Shown here: positions 1-7,732 of the stretch, one piece after another
Numbering within the stretch: position 1 is the stretch's first letter
Layout of the letters: each line of letters opens with the position of its first letter
Source of the DNA: Alkanindiges illinoisensis DSM 15370
GTDB taxonomy: Bacteria; Pseudomonadota; Gammaproteobacteria; Pseudomonadales; Moraxellaceae
Assembly: GCF_000619845.1 (NCBI RefSeq)
Contig: NZ_JHUX01000008.1
Location: 144,566-176,565, forward strand
Direction: 5' to 3'
DNA length: 32,000 bases
Position numbers and translations under genes: made by a program
The notes under the pieces: generated by a model
Databases searched by the model: none
Told to the model about the DNA's origin: nothing
The model's input: only the letters and a program-made list of their open reading frames with translations

Positions 1-407
1 AGATAACTTAAGGGTGATAGCGGCACAAAATTGGCAGGTGTACGGGGCAGTTCATCATAGGCGTGTGGCATTTTTATTCTCGTCAGTTCAGTTTAATTTG
101 ATGATTGGCAAGTCCGGTTTGCATTAGTGGTTTGGCTCTCTGGTTTTGCAATTCCATGCTTTCAGTTTACTGGCATTTCAGATGGTACTTTCAGACAGCA
201 TGCAGGGATATAAATATGCCTAAAAACTGAAAAAACGTCTGTAGGCCGTAGGTTGGCTAGCCATTGCCGTCAATAGTTGTTAAAGTGTGCGTTTTTTATG
301 GCAAAGCCAGCCGTTGATGCCAGTTTAAGCTTGTCTGATAGTAGTCTATCCGGCAATTTAGCGTCAATTTGCATATTTTGGTTTGCCATCACATTTATCA
401 TCTCGCG

Positions 408-436
408 GTGATATGCCCTTTGGTATAGGGCATCAC
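408..436 (+). promoter_or_regulatory. thrS leader stem-loop that mimics the tRNA-Thr(GGU) anticodon arm (candidate ThrRS translational operator)
   Basis: Positions 408-412 pair with 432-436 and 415-419 pair with 427-431, giving 10 bp with an AU bulge at 413-414. The 7-nt loop at 420-426 is TTGGTAT. The hairpin ends 5 nt before the AAGGA Shine-Dalgarno (442-446), and the thrS ATG is at 453. Confidence 0.5.
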
Positions 437-452
437 TCCTTAAGGATACATT

Positions 453-2375
453 ATGCCTGTTATTACCCTGCCCAATGGCGACCAGAAACACTTTGACCAT
501 CCTGTATCAGTGATGGACGTTGCCTTAAGTATTGGTCCCGGTCTTGCCAAAAATACTATTGCCGGAAAAGTCAATGGCCAGCTGCGTGATGCCTCTGACC
601 TGATCAATGCTGACGCCACGGTGCAGATTATTACCCCCAAAGACGATGAAGGCGTCGAAATTATTCGCCATTCCTGTGCGCACCTGATTGGCCATGCGGT
701 CAAGCAATTGTTTCCCGATGTGCAAATGGTGATTGGGCCGGTCATTGAAGAAGGCTTTTATTACGATATTTTTAGTCCGCGTCCTTTCACGCCGGATGAT
801 ATGGCGGCCATTGAAAACCGCATGAAAGACCTCATTAATGAGGAATATGATGTTATTAAAAAAATGACACCGCGCGAAGAGGTGATCAAAACCTTTACCG
901 AACGCGGTGAAAGCTACAAGTTACGTCTGGTGGATGACATGCCGGACGAGCAGGCCATGGGACTATATTACCATCAGGAATATGTCGACATGTGCCGTGG
1001 CCCGCATGTACCGAACACCCGATTTTTAAAAGCCTTTAAACTGACCAAGCTGTCTGGTGCCTACTGGCGCGGCGATGCCAAGAATGAGCAGTTGCAGCGT
1101 ATTTATGGTACTGCCTGGGCTGATAAGAAACAGCTGGCTGCCTATATCCAGCGCATTGAAGAAGCCGAAAAACGCGATCATCGCAAGATTGGCAAGGCAC
1201 TGGATTTGTTCCATTTGCAGGAAGAAGCACCCGGCATGGTGTTCTGGCATCCCAATGGCTGGACCATTTATCAGGTGCTGGAACAGTACATGCGCAAGGT
1301 TCAGCGCGACAATGGCTATCAGGAAATCCGTACGCCTCAGGTGGTTGATCTGGTGCTATGGGAAAAATCCGGACATGCGGCCAACTATGCCGAAAACATG
1401 TTCATCACCAATTCCGAAAGCCGCACTTATGCCGTTAAGCCGATGAACTGTCCCTGCCATGTGCAGGTGTTTAATCAGGGCTTAAAATCCTACCGTGACC
1501 TGCCGTTACGTCTGGCCGAGTTTGGTTCCTGTCACCGTAACGAGCCATCCGGTTCCCTGCATGGCATCATGCGAGTGCGTGGCTTTACGCAGGATGATGC
1601 GCATATTTTCTGTACTGCCGCACAAATTGCAGACGAAGTGGCCGCCTTTATCAAGCTAACGCTGGATGTCTACAAAGACTTTGGATTTGAAGACGTACAA
1701 ATGAAACTGTCTACCCGTCCTGAAAAGCGGGTGGGCAGTGAAGAGATGTGGGATACTGCTGAAAAAGCGCTGGCTGATGCGCTGGATGCGGCTGGCCTGC
1801 CGTGGGAGCTGCAACCGGGCGAAGGCGCGTTTTATGGCCCGAAAATTGAATTTAGCCTGAAAGACTGTCTGGGCCGGGTGTGGCAGTGCGGGACTATTCA
1901 GTGCGATCCGAACATGCCGGAGCGTCTGGATGCCAATTTTGTTACTGAAGACAATAACCGTGACCATCCTGTCATGTTGCACCGCGCAATACTTGGCAGT
2001 TTCGAGCGTTTTATTGGTATACTAATTGAACACTACGCCGGTTATATGCCGCCGTGGCTTGCGCCTGTTCAGGCGTGCGTGATGAATATTACCGATGCAC
2101 AAAGTGATGCGTGCAAAAATGTTACTCAACTGTTAAATCAGCGTGGTTTACGCGTAATCAGTGACTTGAGAAACGAGAAAATCGGATTTAAGATTCGCGA
2201 ACGTACCCTCGAGCGTATTCCTTACCTGCTGGTCATGGGTGACCGTGAGGTGGAAGAAGGCACAGTCAACGTGCGTACGCGTACCGGGAAGAATTTGGGA
2301 ACCATGTCCATTGAAGCCTTCATTGAACTGGTTCAATCCGCCGTTGCCGAACGTGGCCGGTATATTTTGGAGTAA
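453..2375 (+). CDS. thrS: threonyl-tRNA synthetase
   Basis: 640-aa ORF. The N-terminus [10 protein letters not shown], the TGS and editing region, the class II core ([26 protein letters not shown]) and the C-terminal anticodon-binding domain are all typical of ThrRS. infC follows directly. Confidence 0.97.
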   Translation: MPVITLPNGDQKHFDHPVSVMDVALSIGPGLAKNTIAGKVNGQLRDASDLINADATVQIITPKDDEGVEIIRHSCAHLIGHAVKQLFPDVQMVIGPVIEEGFYYDIFSPRPFTPDDMAAIENRMKDLINEEYDVIKKMTPREEVIKTFTERGESYKLRLVDDMPDEQAMGLYYHQEYVDMCRGPHVPNTRFLKAFKLTKLSGAYWRGDAKNEQLQRIYGTAWADKKQLAAYIQRIEEAEKRDHRKIGKALDLFHLQEEAPGMVFWHPNGWTIYQVLEQYMRKVQRDNGYQEIRTPQVVDLVLWEKSGHAANYAENMFITNSESRTYAVKPMNCPCHVQVFNQGLKSYRDLPLRLAEFGSCHRNEPSGSLHGIMRVRGFTQDDAHIFCTAAQIADEVAAFIKLTLDVYKDFGFEDVQMKLSTRPEKRVGSEEMWDTAEKALADALDAAGLPWELQPGEGAFYGPKIEFSLKDCLGRVWQCGTIQCDPNMPERLDANFVTEDNNRDHPVMLHRAILGSFERFIGILIEHYAGYMPPWLAPVQACVMNITDAQSDACKNVTQLLNQRGLRVISDLRNEKIGFKIRERTLERIPYLLVMGDREVEEGTVNVRTRTGKNLGTMSIEAFIELVQSAVAERGRYILE

Positions 2376-2380
2376 TAGCG

Positions 2381-2932
2381 ATTAAACAGCCTGACCGTAA
2401 CCCGCAACAAGTTGCCAAGAGCAACCGCCCTGCCATCAACGATGAAATCCGTGCCAAAGAAGTACGACTGGTTGATGAGGCAGGTGAGCAAAAAGGGATT
2501 GTGCCATTAACTGAAGCACTGCGTGCTGCTGAAGCCGTTGAACTTGACCTGGTCGAGATCGTGGCCAATGCCGAGCCGCCAGTATGCAAGATTATGGACT
2601 ACAACAAGCATTTGTTTGACCTGAAACAAAAGCAGAAAGATGCCAAGAAGAAACAGCATCAGGTTCAGGTCAAGGAAATCAAACTGCGTCCGGGTACGGA
2701 TGTAGGTGATTATCAGGTCAAACTGCGTTCCATTCTGCGTTTTCTGGAAGATGGCGACAAGGTAAAAATTACCTTGCGTTTCCGGGGCCGTGAAATGGCG
2801 CATCAGGAGCTGGGCCTCAAGCAATTGCAAAAAATTGAGGGTGACGTGGCTGAATTTGGTGTTGTTGAACAGCAGCCCAAAATGGAAGGCCGTCAAATGG
2901 GCATGCTCATTGGACCTAAAAAGAAAAAATAA
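2381..2932 (+). CDS. infC: translation initiation factor IF-3, with a non-canonical ATT start
   Basis: The ORF track starts at an internal GTG (2501). The same frame stays open upstream and encodes (M)[40 protein letters not shown], which aligns with the E. coli IF3 N-terminus. ATT at 2381 is preceded by GGAG (2369-2372) at 8-nt spacing. The rest ([22 protein letters not shown]) is canonical IF3. Confidence 0.9.
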   Translation: MKQPDRNPQQVAKSNRPAINDEIRAKEVRLVDEAGEQKGIVPLTEALRAAEAVELDLVEIVANAEPPVCKIMDYNKHLFDLKQKQKDAKKKQHQVQVKEIKLRPGTDVGDYQVKLRSILRFLEDGDKVKITLRFRGREMAHQELGLKQLQKIEGDVAEFGVVEQQPKMEGRQMGMLIGPKKKK

Positions 2933-2959
2933 CGGTTTCTGATTATTTTTTCTAAAAAG

Positions 2960-2992
2960 AAGCGATGCTATGCAAGTGGCATCGCTTTTTTG
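2960..2992 (+). terminator. rho-independent terminator after infC
   Basis: A perfect 9-bp stem (AAGCGATGC 2960-2968 with GCATCGCTT 2979-2987) is followed by a T6 run. Confidence 0.8.
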
Positions 2993-3133
2993 TTGCTGTT
3001 TTTTAATGATGATTTGTTGATGCTGCGAATGGGGCCAGGATTTTTTATTGAAAAGATGCTTTTTTTATACCTGTAAACAATGCTACAGTCGCTGCACAAA
3101 CAAGAATATGGATATACGATGGAGATGGTTAGG

Positions 3134-3790
3134 ATGCGTGCATTCACAACAATTAAACTGCTATCTGTGGCGTTCGCTACCTTGGTGAGTACACAAAGTT
3201 TTGCACTTGGCCTGGGTGGTCAGTTATTGTATTCCAATCCTGAAGTAAAAGATTACGATGGGCTAAACTTTGATCTGGCTGGGGTTTCCGGCACCTTGCA
3301 ACTGGGTGAATTTGACAGCTTGCTGGCACCCGCAGTGCATGCCCAGTTTGCAACGGGCAGTGGCGATACCCCCAATGGCAAAACTGATGTCAATTATTTT
3401 GAAGTCACCGGCACGGGCGGTGTACTGATTTATGACCAGAATAATATTGTCGTGCGCGGGGTTGCTGGCATTGGCATTGGTATTGCCGATATTGATGTAC
3501 GGGCAACCAACATTAATAATGATACCGATGCTTCTTTTGTGGTTTTTCCAGTGTCCGTTGAAGCCAGCTATCTGGTTCCTAACACCAATTTAAGCTTTTT
3601 TGCCAATGCAGGCTATAAGCTATATCTGGACGTGGCTGATGAGCGCATTCGTTGTGCTGATGGTACGGTGTCTTCAGACACTGGCTACAATGTGTGTAAT
3701 GGCAAAGGCGGCTTTGCATCGGATAGCGAATTTCCGGTTGGAAAAATGGATGGCATACAGCTTGGTGTTGGTATCAAACTGTTTTACTAG
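3134..3790 (+). CDS. small outer-membrane beta-barrel protein (8-stranded OmpA-TM/OmpW-like class)
   Basis: Signal peptide MRAFTTIKLLSVAFATLVSTQSFA. The sequence shows alternating hydrophobic beta-strand patterns and ends in an aromatic C-terminus (GVGIKLFY). GGAG (3121-3124) sits 9 nt before ATG 3134. ATGs at 3119 and 3125 are alternative starts, and the ORF track begins at 3080. Confidence 0.7.
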   Translation: MRAFTTIKLLSVAFATLVSTQSFALGLGGQLLYSNPEVKDYDGLNFDLAGVSGTLQLGEFDSLLAPAVHAQFATGSGDTPNGKTDVNYFEVTGTGGVLIYDQNNIVVRGVAGIGIGIADIDVRATNINNDTDASFVVFPVSVEASYLVPNTNLSFFANAGYKLYLDVADERIRCADGTVSSDTGYNVCNGKGGFASDSEFPVGKMDGIQLGVGIKLFY

Positions 3791-3823
3791 CCTTAAGCTT
3801 TAGTTTGGTTAAAATCCAGCCAT

Positions 3824-3857
3824 AAAAAAAGCGGTGCATCATAGCGCCGCTTTTTTA
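3824..3857. terminator. bidirectional rho-independent terminator between convergent genes
   Basis: Stem GCGGTGC (3831-3837) pairs with GCGCCGC (3844-3850) with one G-U pair. It is flanked by A7 (3824-3830) and T6 (3851-3856). Confidence 0.8.
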
Positions 3858-3909
3858 CATTCAATTAGACCCAATCACCCTTGGGAAATATCCAGTGATC
3901 AGCAGGGGA

Positions 3910-4197
3910 TCAGGCAAACTTGGCCAGCACATCCAGAAAAGGCTGAGCCTGACTGGCATATTGTGCAATCACCCGATGAATGGTCTGACCCTGTGGATTG
4001 GCTGCATGAATATTACGGCCATCTGCCACAAACTTGGTCAGCAGGCGTTCAAAGTCATAAGGACGCATGTGTTTAAATGCGGTATAGAGCACTGAATAAT
4101 CAGCATCAGTCCCGTGCGGTGGCAAATGGTTTAAATAAGCAAAGACGCGGGAATCAGGCCATTCTTCATTAAATGTTGCAGGTTGTGAAACGGCCAT
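3910..4197 (-). CDS. small conserved hypothetical protein (95 aa)
   Basis: The internal ATG at 4197 is preceded by AGGAGA. The product begins MAVSQPATFNEEWPDSRVFAYLNHLPPHGTDADY and continues to FERLLTKFVADGRNIHAANPQGQTIH. It reminds me of the roughly 95-aa proteins annotated as 'PA4642 family', but that is from memory and unverified. The upstream 46 codons of the track ORF look non-coding. Confidence 0.6.
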   Translation of the reverse strand: MAVSQPATFNEEWPDSRVFAYLNHLPPHGTDADYSVLYTAFKHMRPYDFERLLTKFVADGRNIHAANPQGQTIHRVIAQYASQAQPFLDVLAKFA

Positions 4198-4389
4198 GCG
4201 GCTCTCCTGTGAGATCAATCCAAAGCAAATCACCCATACAGGCAAAGATGCTTTAAAAATAAAAGATAAAAAATGAAGCAGATATAAATGGCTTAGCCGC
4301 TCAAGCGCTGCGCAAAGTTGATACAGCTTGCCCACTTAACGCTTTTGTCTTGCGGAGTGTTAGTCCTTAGAGCAAATGAGACATATATG

Positions 4390-4499
4390 CCGTAAGACGT
4401 AGCACTAGCGAAGAGGCTTTGCTTATCCAGTCCACTCGAAGCAGAGCCTCTCGTCTTGCGGCGGGGAAAAGCAGTGCTTTTCTTGCCCCGCCTCATATT
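4390..4499 (+). ncRNA. candidate small-RNA 3' module: a long imperfect hairpin followed by a GC-rich terminator-like hairpin
   Basis: Positions 4390-4399 pair with 4452-4461 (10 bp, one G-U). This encloses GAAGAGGC/AGCCTCT(C) and TGCTT/AAGCA stems. GGCGGGG (4461-4467) then pairs with CCCCGCC (4487-4493), followed by TCATATTTTG. Strand and boundaries are uncertain. Confidence 0.25.
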
Positions 4500-4587
4500 T
4501 TGCCTGAGTTTGCCAGACAGGTAAAATGAGAAAAACTGAAAACCTTCATCATTTTTCCCGTACTGGCTTTACTGGATCAGAGGAAGC

Positions 4588-4860
4588 CTAGCGTTCTTCA
4601 GGCAGGTTAATGTTCATTTCCAGCATTTCAATGTCTGCTTCAGAGCGCACACTCATTTGTACATCCTGCTCATCCACACCCCGGACGTAACGATTAACCA
4701 CTTCCATGATTTCAATTTTCATGCGGTCAATCTTGTCCTGACTCAAGCGACGGCCCAACCGGTTTTCGCTGGCCACAATAACTTTCAAGCGATCCTTCGC
4801 AGCCTTGGCACTGGTCGGCTTTTCATCATTCTTAAATAAATTACTCCAGAAACCAGCCAT
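4588..4860 (-). CDS. minE: cell-division topological specificity factor MinE
   Basis: The product starts MAGFWSNLFK and contains AKDRLKVIVA, typical of MinE. ATG 4860 is preceded by GGAGGA and lies 1 nt after the minD stop. The track start at 4872 overlaps that Shine-Dalgarno. Confidence 0.9.
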   Translation of the reverse strand: MAGFWSNLFKNDEKPTSAKAAKDRLKVIVASENRLGRRLSQDKIDRMKIEIMEVVNRYVRGVDEQDVQMSVRSEADIEMLEMNINLPEER

Positions 4861-4861
4861 G

Positions 4862-5674
4862 TTATCCTCCAAATAGTCGAGCTAACCAACCTTGTTTTTG
4901 TGGTTGAATGTGACGGTAGGGACGCTCTTCACCCAGAAAACGTGCCACTAGATCATCATAGGCTTCACTGGCCTTGGAGTCGTTTTCACGAATAACGGGA
5001 ACGCCCTGGTTAGACGCATTCAGTACTGATGGGCATTCTGGAATAACACCCAGGGTTGGAATCTTTAAAATATCATCAGCAATATCTTCAATGCTCAGCA
5101 TTTCCTCACGCTGGGCACGATTAGGATCAAAACGGGTAATCACCAGATGCTTGCGGATGCGTCCTTCATTGCGCTCAACTTTTTTGGTTTTGCTGTCCAG
5201 CATGCCAATGATGCGGTCAGAGTCACGCACTGAGGAAATTTCAGGATTGGTAACAATCAGGGCTTCATCAGCGTGATACATGGCCAGAATTGCACCACGC
5301 TCAATGCCTGCTGGCGAATCGCAGATGATGTAGTCAAATTCCTGTGACAGCTCGTCAATGACACGGCCAACGCCTTCGTCACTCAAGGCATCTTTGTCGC
5401 GGGTTTGTGAGGCAGGCAGGATATACAGGTTATCAATGTCACGATCCTTGATCAGGGCCTGTTGCAAACGTGCTTCATTGTTGATGACATTCACCAGATC
5501 ATAAACCACACGGCGTTCACAACCCATGATCAAGTCAAGGTTACGCAAGCCCACATCAAAATCAATGACGACAGTCTTGTGGCCACGCTGAGCCAGTCCT
5601 GTTGCAAAAGATGCACTTGTCGTGGTCTTACCAACGCCACCTTTGCCTGATGTTACGACAACAATTTTGGCCAC
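4862..5674 (-). CDS. minD: septum site-determining ATPase MinD
   Basis: Deviant Walker A motif VTSGKGGVGKTT and full-length MinD similarity. The start is GTG, with AGGAG 8 nt upstream. Confidence 0.97.
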   Translation of the reverse strand: MAKIVVVTSGKGGVGKTTTSASFATGLAQRGHKTVVIDFDVGLRNLDLIMGCERRVVYDLVNVINNEARLQQALIKDRDIDNLYILPASQTRDKDALSDEGVGRVIDELSQEFDYIICDSPAGIERGAILAMYHADEALIVTNPEISSVRDSDRIIGMLDSKTKKVERNEGRIRKHLVITRFDPNRAQREEMLSIEDIADDILKIPTLGVIPECPSVLNASNQGVPVIRENDSKASEAYDDLVARFLGEERPYRHIQPQKQGWLARLFGG

Positions 5675-5752
5675 CGAATAAACTCCTGTGTGAAATTACA
5701 GCGGGCTAGATATCTGTTATATCTATTGATCTGTATATAATTTATGCATACC

Positions 5753-6469
5753 TTAATGGGGTAGCAGATGGAATTCAAGTTCCTGATCGGAATTCAGGCA
5801 AATATGCACTGATTTGCCAATCCTGTCAGCGGGTATATCATCCGCTACACAATAGGTTCCTGCAATGGATACCAGTTCTGCTTCCAGACGCTGGCAAAAA
5901 ATCCGGGATTGCTGCTGGCCGCTGGCACCGGCAATAACACGGCCGCGTGCTGTCCCATAAACATGAATGCTGCCTGAGGCAATCACTTCTGAACCGCTGT
6001 TCATGTCTGCAATTAAAATAATGTCGCCATCATCTTCATTCAGGCTCTGGCCAGTGCGTAATACTTCCTTATGGATAATATTGCGTGCTGCCGGGCGTGG
6101 ACTGGCTACTGCCGCAACCGGCGCTACTACCGGCTCAATGCTGGGTACGCTTACCGCTGTATCTTCGGTTGGCTTGATACGCTGCATGGGCTGGTCACGG
6201 TTGAGCACTGGAAACTGGATAATGCGTGCCTGATCACCAAGCTGACCATCAATGACCGCCATCGGTTGCAGGCCAAAATCCACCAGTAGCTGGATTAAGG
6301 CAATCAGGTTGTTCTCAACGGTACTGTCCAGAATGACTAGCGTGCCATTATGTTCTCCCTGGGTACCTAGATGTTTTTCCAGTTCCTTTTTTATTTTGTC
6401 ATGATCATTGGTTTGAAAAACTAAACGCGAAAAATTGACCATCCGGCCATTAATGCGAATATCGCTCAT
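5753..6469 (-). CDS. minC: septum site-determining protein MinC
   Basis: 238 aa. The C-terminal beta-helix region ([23 protein letters not shown]) and the position upstream of minDE identify it. Confidence 0.9.
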   Translation of the reverse strand: MSDIRINGRMVNFSRLVFQTNDHDKIKKELEKHLGTQGEHNGTLVILDSTVENNLIALIQLLVDFGLQPMAVIDGQLGDQARIIQFPVLNRDQPMQRIKPTEDTAVSVPSIEPVVAPVAAVASPRPAARNIIHKEVLRTGQSLNEDDGDIILIADMNSGSEVIASGSIHVYGTARGRVIAGASGQQQSRIFCQRLEAELVSIAGTYCVADDIPADRIGKSVHICLNSDQELEFHLLPH

Positions 6470-6617
6470 ATTTTGTCCTTAAGGGCTGTATTGCCTGAGC
6501 ACAGGCGTTTAGCCCATCAACTACCATCAAATTGTTTTGAATCGTAGTCCAAATTAACGCTTTAAACTAGCCATGTTAAGGCAGTTTTCACCATCATTTA
6601 TTGTAAAATACAAAAAA

Positions 6618-7724
6618 TTAAGTGTTCGGCACAGATACGGGCTGCCGGGTGGCCGTGGCAAGGTCTTCCTGTACTGCCTGATCCAGCTTCCAGTGCTGAA
6701 TCTTGACCTGTTGGCGAATCACATCAAGGCTTTCAAACACCAGGGATTCCACCAGCTTTTCAAGGGCAGGCGTATCAATCCGGAGCTGGCCCAGATAACT
6801 GGCACTGGTATTAATTGCTGTATTGACTGGCTGGCTGGTTGTTGCAGGCTGGGCGAACGGTTCAATCAGCCCGGCTGTAATATTTTCACCCAGGCGCTGG
6901 CCAATACTTTGCAGTTGCTGTTCCATCAACGAACCAACGACAGGAATCAGGCGCAGCAGGCGGTGCAGTTCTGGTGTATCACTGATGGCCTTGCTTACAA
7001 TCTGGCCAACCCCTTGTGCAATCTGCTGCTGCTGGGCTTCTAAGGCTGTGGCAAGGTTGTTTTGTAGCACTTCACCCATAGCCTGCTCAATTTGTACCCG
7101 GTGACTGTTGACCAGTTGATGTAGCAAGTGATGATGGGTTGCACCGGTTTTTAATTCACGCTCAACGCCATCCAGAATGGTCAGCACAATACGGTCTGAC
7201 AATTCTTCCATGACCACCTGATAATAAAAACGACCCGCCTTCAACCAGCTGTCCGGCAAGACCTTGTAGCCAAGCTGGTATAGGCGATAACCAATCACTA
7301 TCGCCCGTAACAGACGCAAGGCACGGAAGGTCGGAATACAGGCCAGAAATTCATACCAGTGAATAAATGGAAAGAAAAACCAGCGGTGATGATGCCTAAA
7401 AACAATGGCTACCAGCCAGCGTACCAGTAATTCACTCACCAGATAAATGGTAATCCATTCATCCACGGTTTGAACCACAGGATGTAACTGCGCACGGTAT
7501 TCATAAACCCAGCCTGTCTGACCAATAAACTGGGCCGCCGAAAGTCCGATGTTGGTAAACATCAGGTGATCAATGGCAATGGTCAGCAAATTTACGACAA
7601 TCAGTACCATCATCAGAATGTCGTAAATTAAAAAGGCGCGCCAGGCACGGGTAGGTGGCTTGTGGCCCGGCAACTCGTCAGGTGAATTCAGAGTAGGGCC
7701 ATTAGGCTGGGCAGTTGGATTCAT
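6618..7724 (-). CDS. voltage-sensor-domain-like 4-TM protein with a roughly 210-aa helical cytoplasmic tail and no pore module
   Basis: S1 is FLIYDILMMVLIVVNLLTIAI. S2 is WITIYLVSELLVRWLVAIVF, containing the Kv-type ELLVR motif. S3 is FFFPFIHWYEFLACIP. S4 is RALRLLRAIVIGYR, with Arg at every third position. After S4 there is no further hydrophobic segment and no TxGYG-like filter. The ATG lies 8 nt after the stop of the upstream acyltransferase. Confidence 0.7.
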   Translation of the reverse strand: MNPTAQPNGPTLNSPDELPGHKPPTRAWRAFLIYDILMMVLIVVNLLTIAIDHLMFTNIGLSAAQFIGQTGWVYEYRAQLHPVVQTVDEWITIYLVSELLVRWLVAIVFRHHHRWFFFPFIHWYEFLACIPTFRALRLLRAIVIGYRLYQLGYKVLPDSWLKAGRFYYQVVMEELSDRIVLTILDGVERELKTGATHHHLLHQLVNSHRVQIEQAMGEVLQNNLATALEAQQQQIAQGVGQIVSKAISDTPELHRLLRLIPVVGSLMEQQLQSIGQRLGENITAGLIEPFAQPATTSQPVNTAINTSASYLGQLRIDTPALEKLVESLVFESLDVIRQQVKIQHWKLDQAVQEDLATATRQPVSVPNT

Positions 7725-7732
7725 TTAACCCA

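Noticed and set aside
270-500. 76-aa minus-strand ORF overlapping the thrS leader and start
   Set aside because: It lies antisense to the thrS RBS and leader hairpin. It has no Shine-Dalgarno and no recognisable motif, and its sequence has low-complexity, odd composition. It is most likely a chance ORF in the long AT-rich upstream region.
1057-1446. 129-aa plus-strand ORF in an alternative frame inside thrS
   Set aside because: It lies entirely within the well-supported ThrRS frame. Its Cys/Arg/Ser-rich composition is typical of an off-frame translation.
2507-2896. 129-aa ORF antisense to infC
   Set aside because: IF3 on the plus strand is unambiguous. The antisense product is Leu/Phe-rich with no motif.
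4390-4465. Local resemblance to riboswitch or SRP-RNA motifs: GCAAAGCCTC (c-di-GMP-I-like), CTGGATAAGC (TPP-like) and GAAGCAGAGCC (4.5S-like)
   Set aside because: Only short fragments match. The companion conserved elements are absent: GGCAAA with a GNRA tetraloop, CUGAGA, and the GGAA tetraloop with symmetric loop. The flanking genes also do not fit those regulons.
4293-4496. 67-aa minus-strand ORF (MRRGKKSTAFPRRKTRG...) in the minE-downstream spacer
   Set aside because: It runs through the strongly paired hairpin region, is Arg/Ser-rich and lacks an RBS. I treat the region as structured non-coding DNA or RNA instead.
6573-7043. 156-aa plus-strand ORF antisense to the VSD-like gene
   Set aside because: The minus-strand frame has coherent TM and S4 motifs and is coupled to the upstream gene. 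The antisense ORF has no start context or motif.
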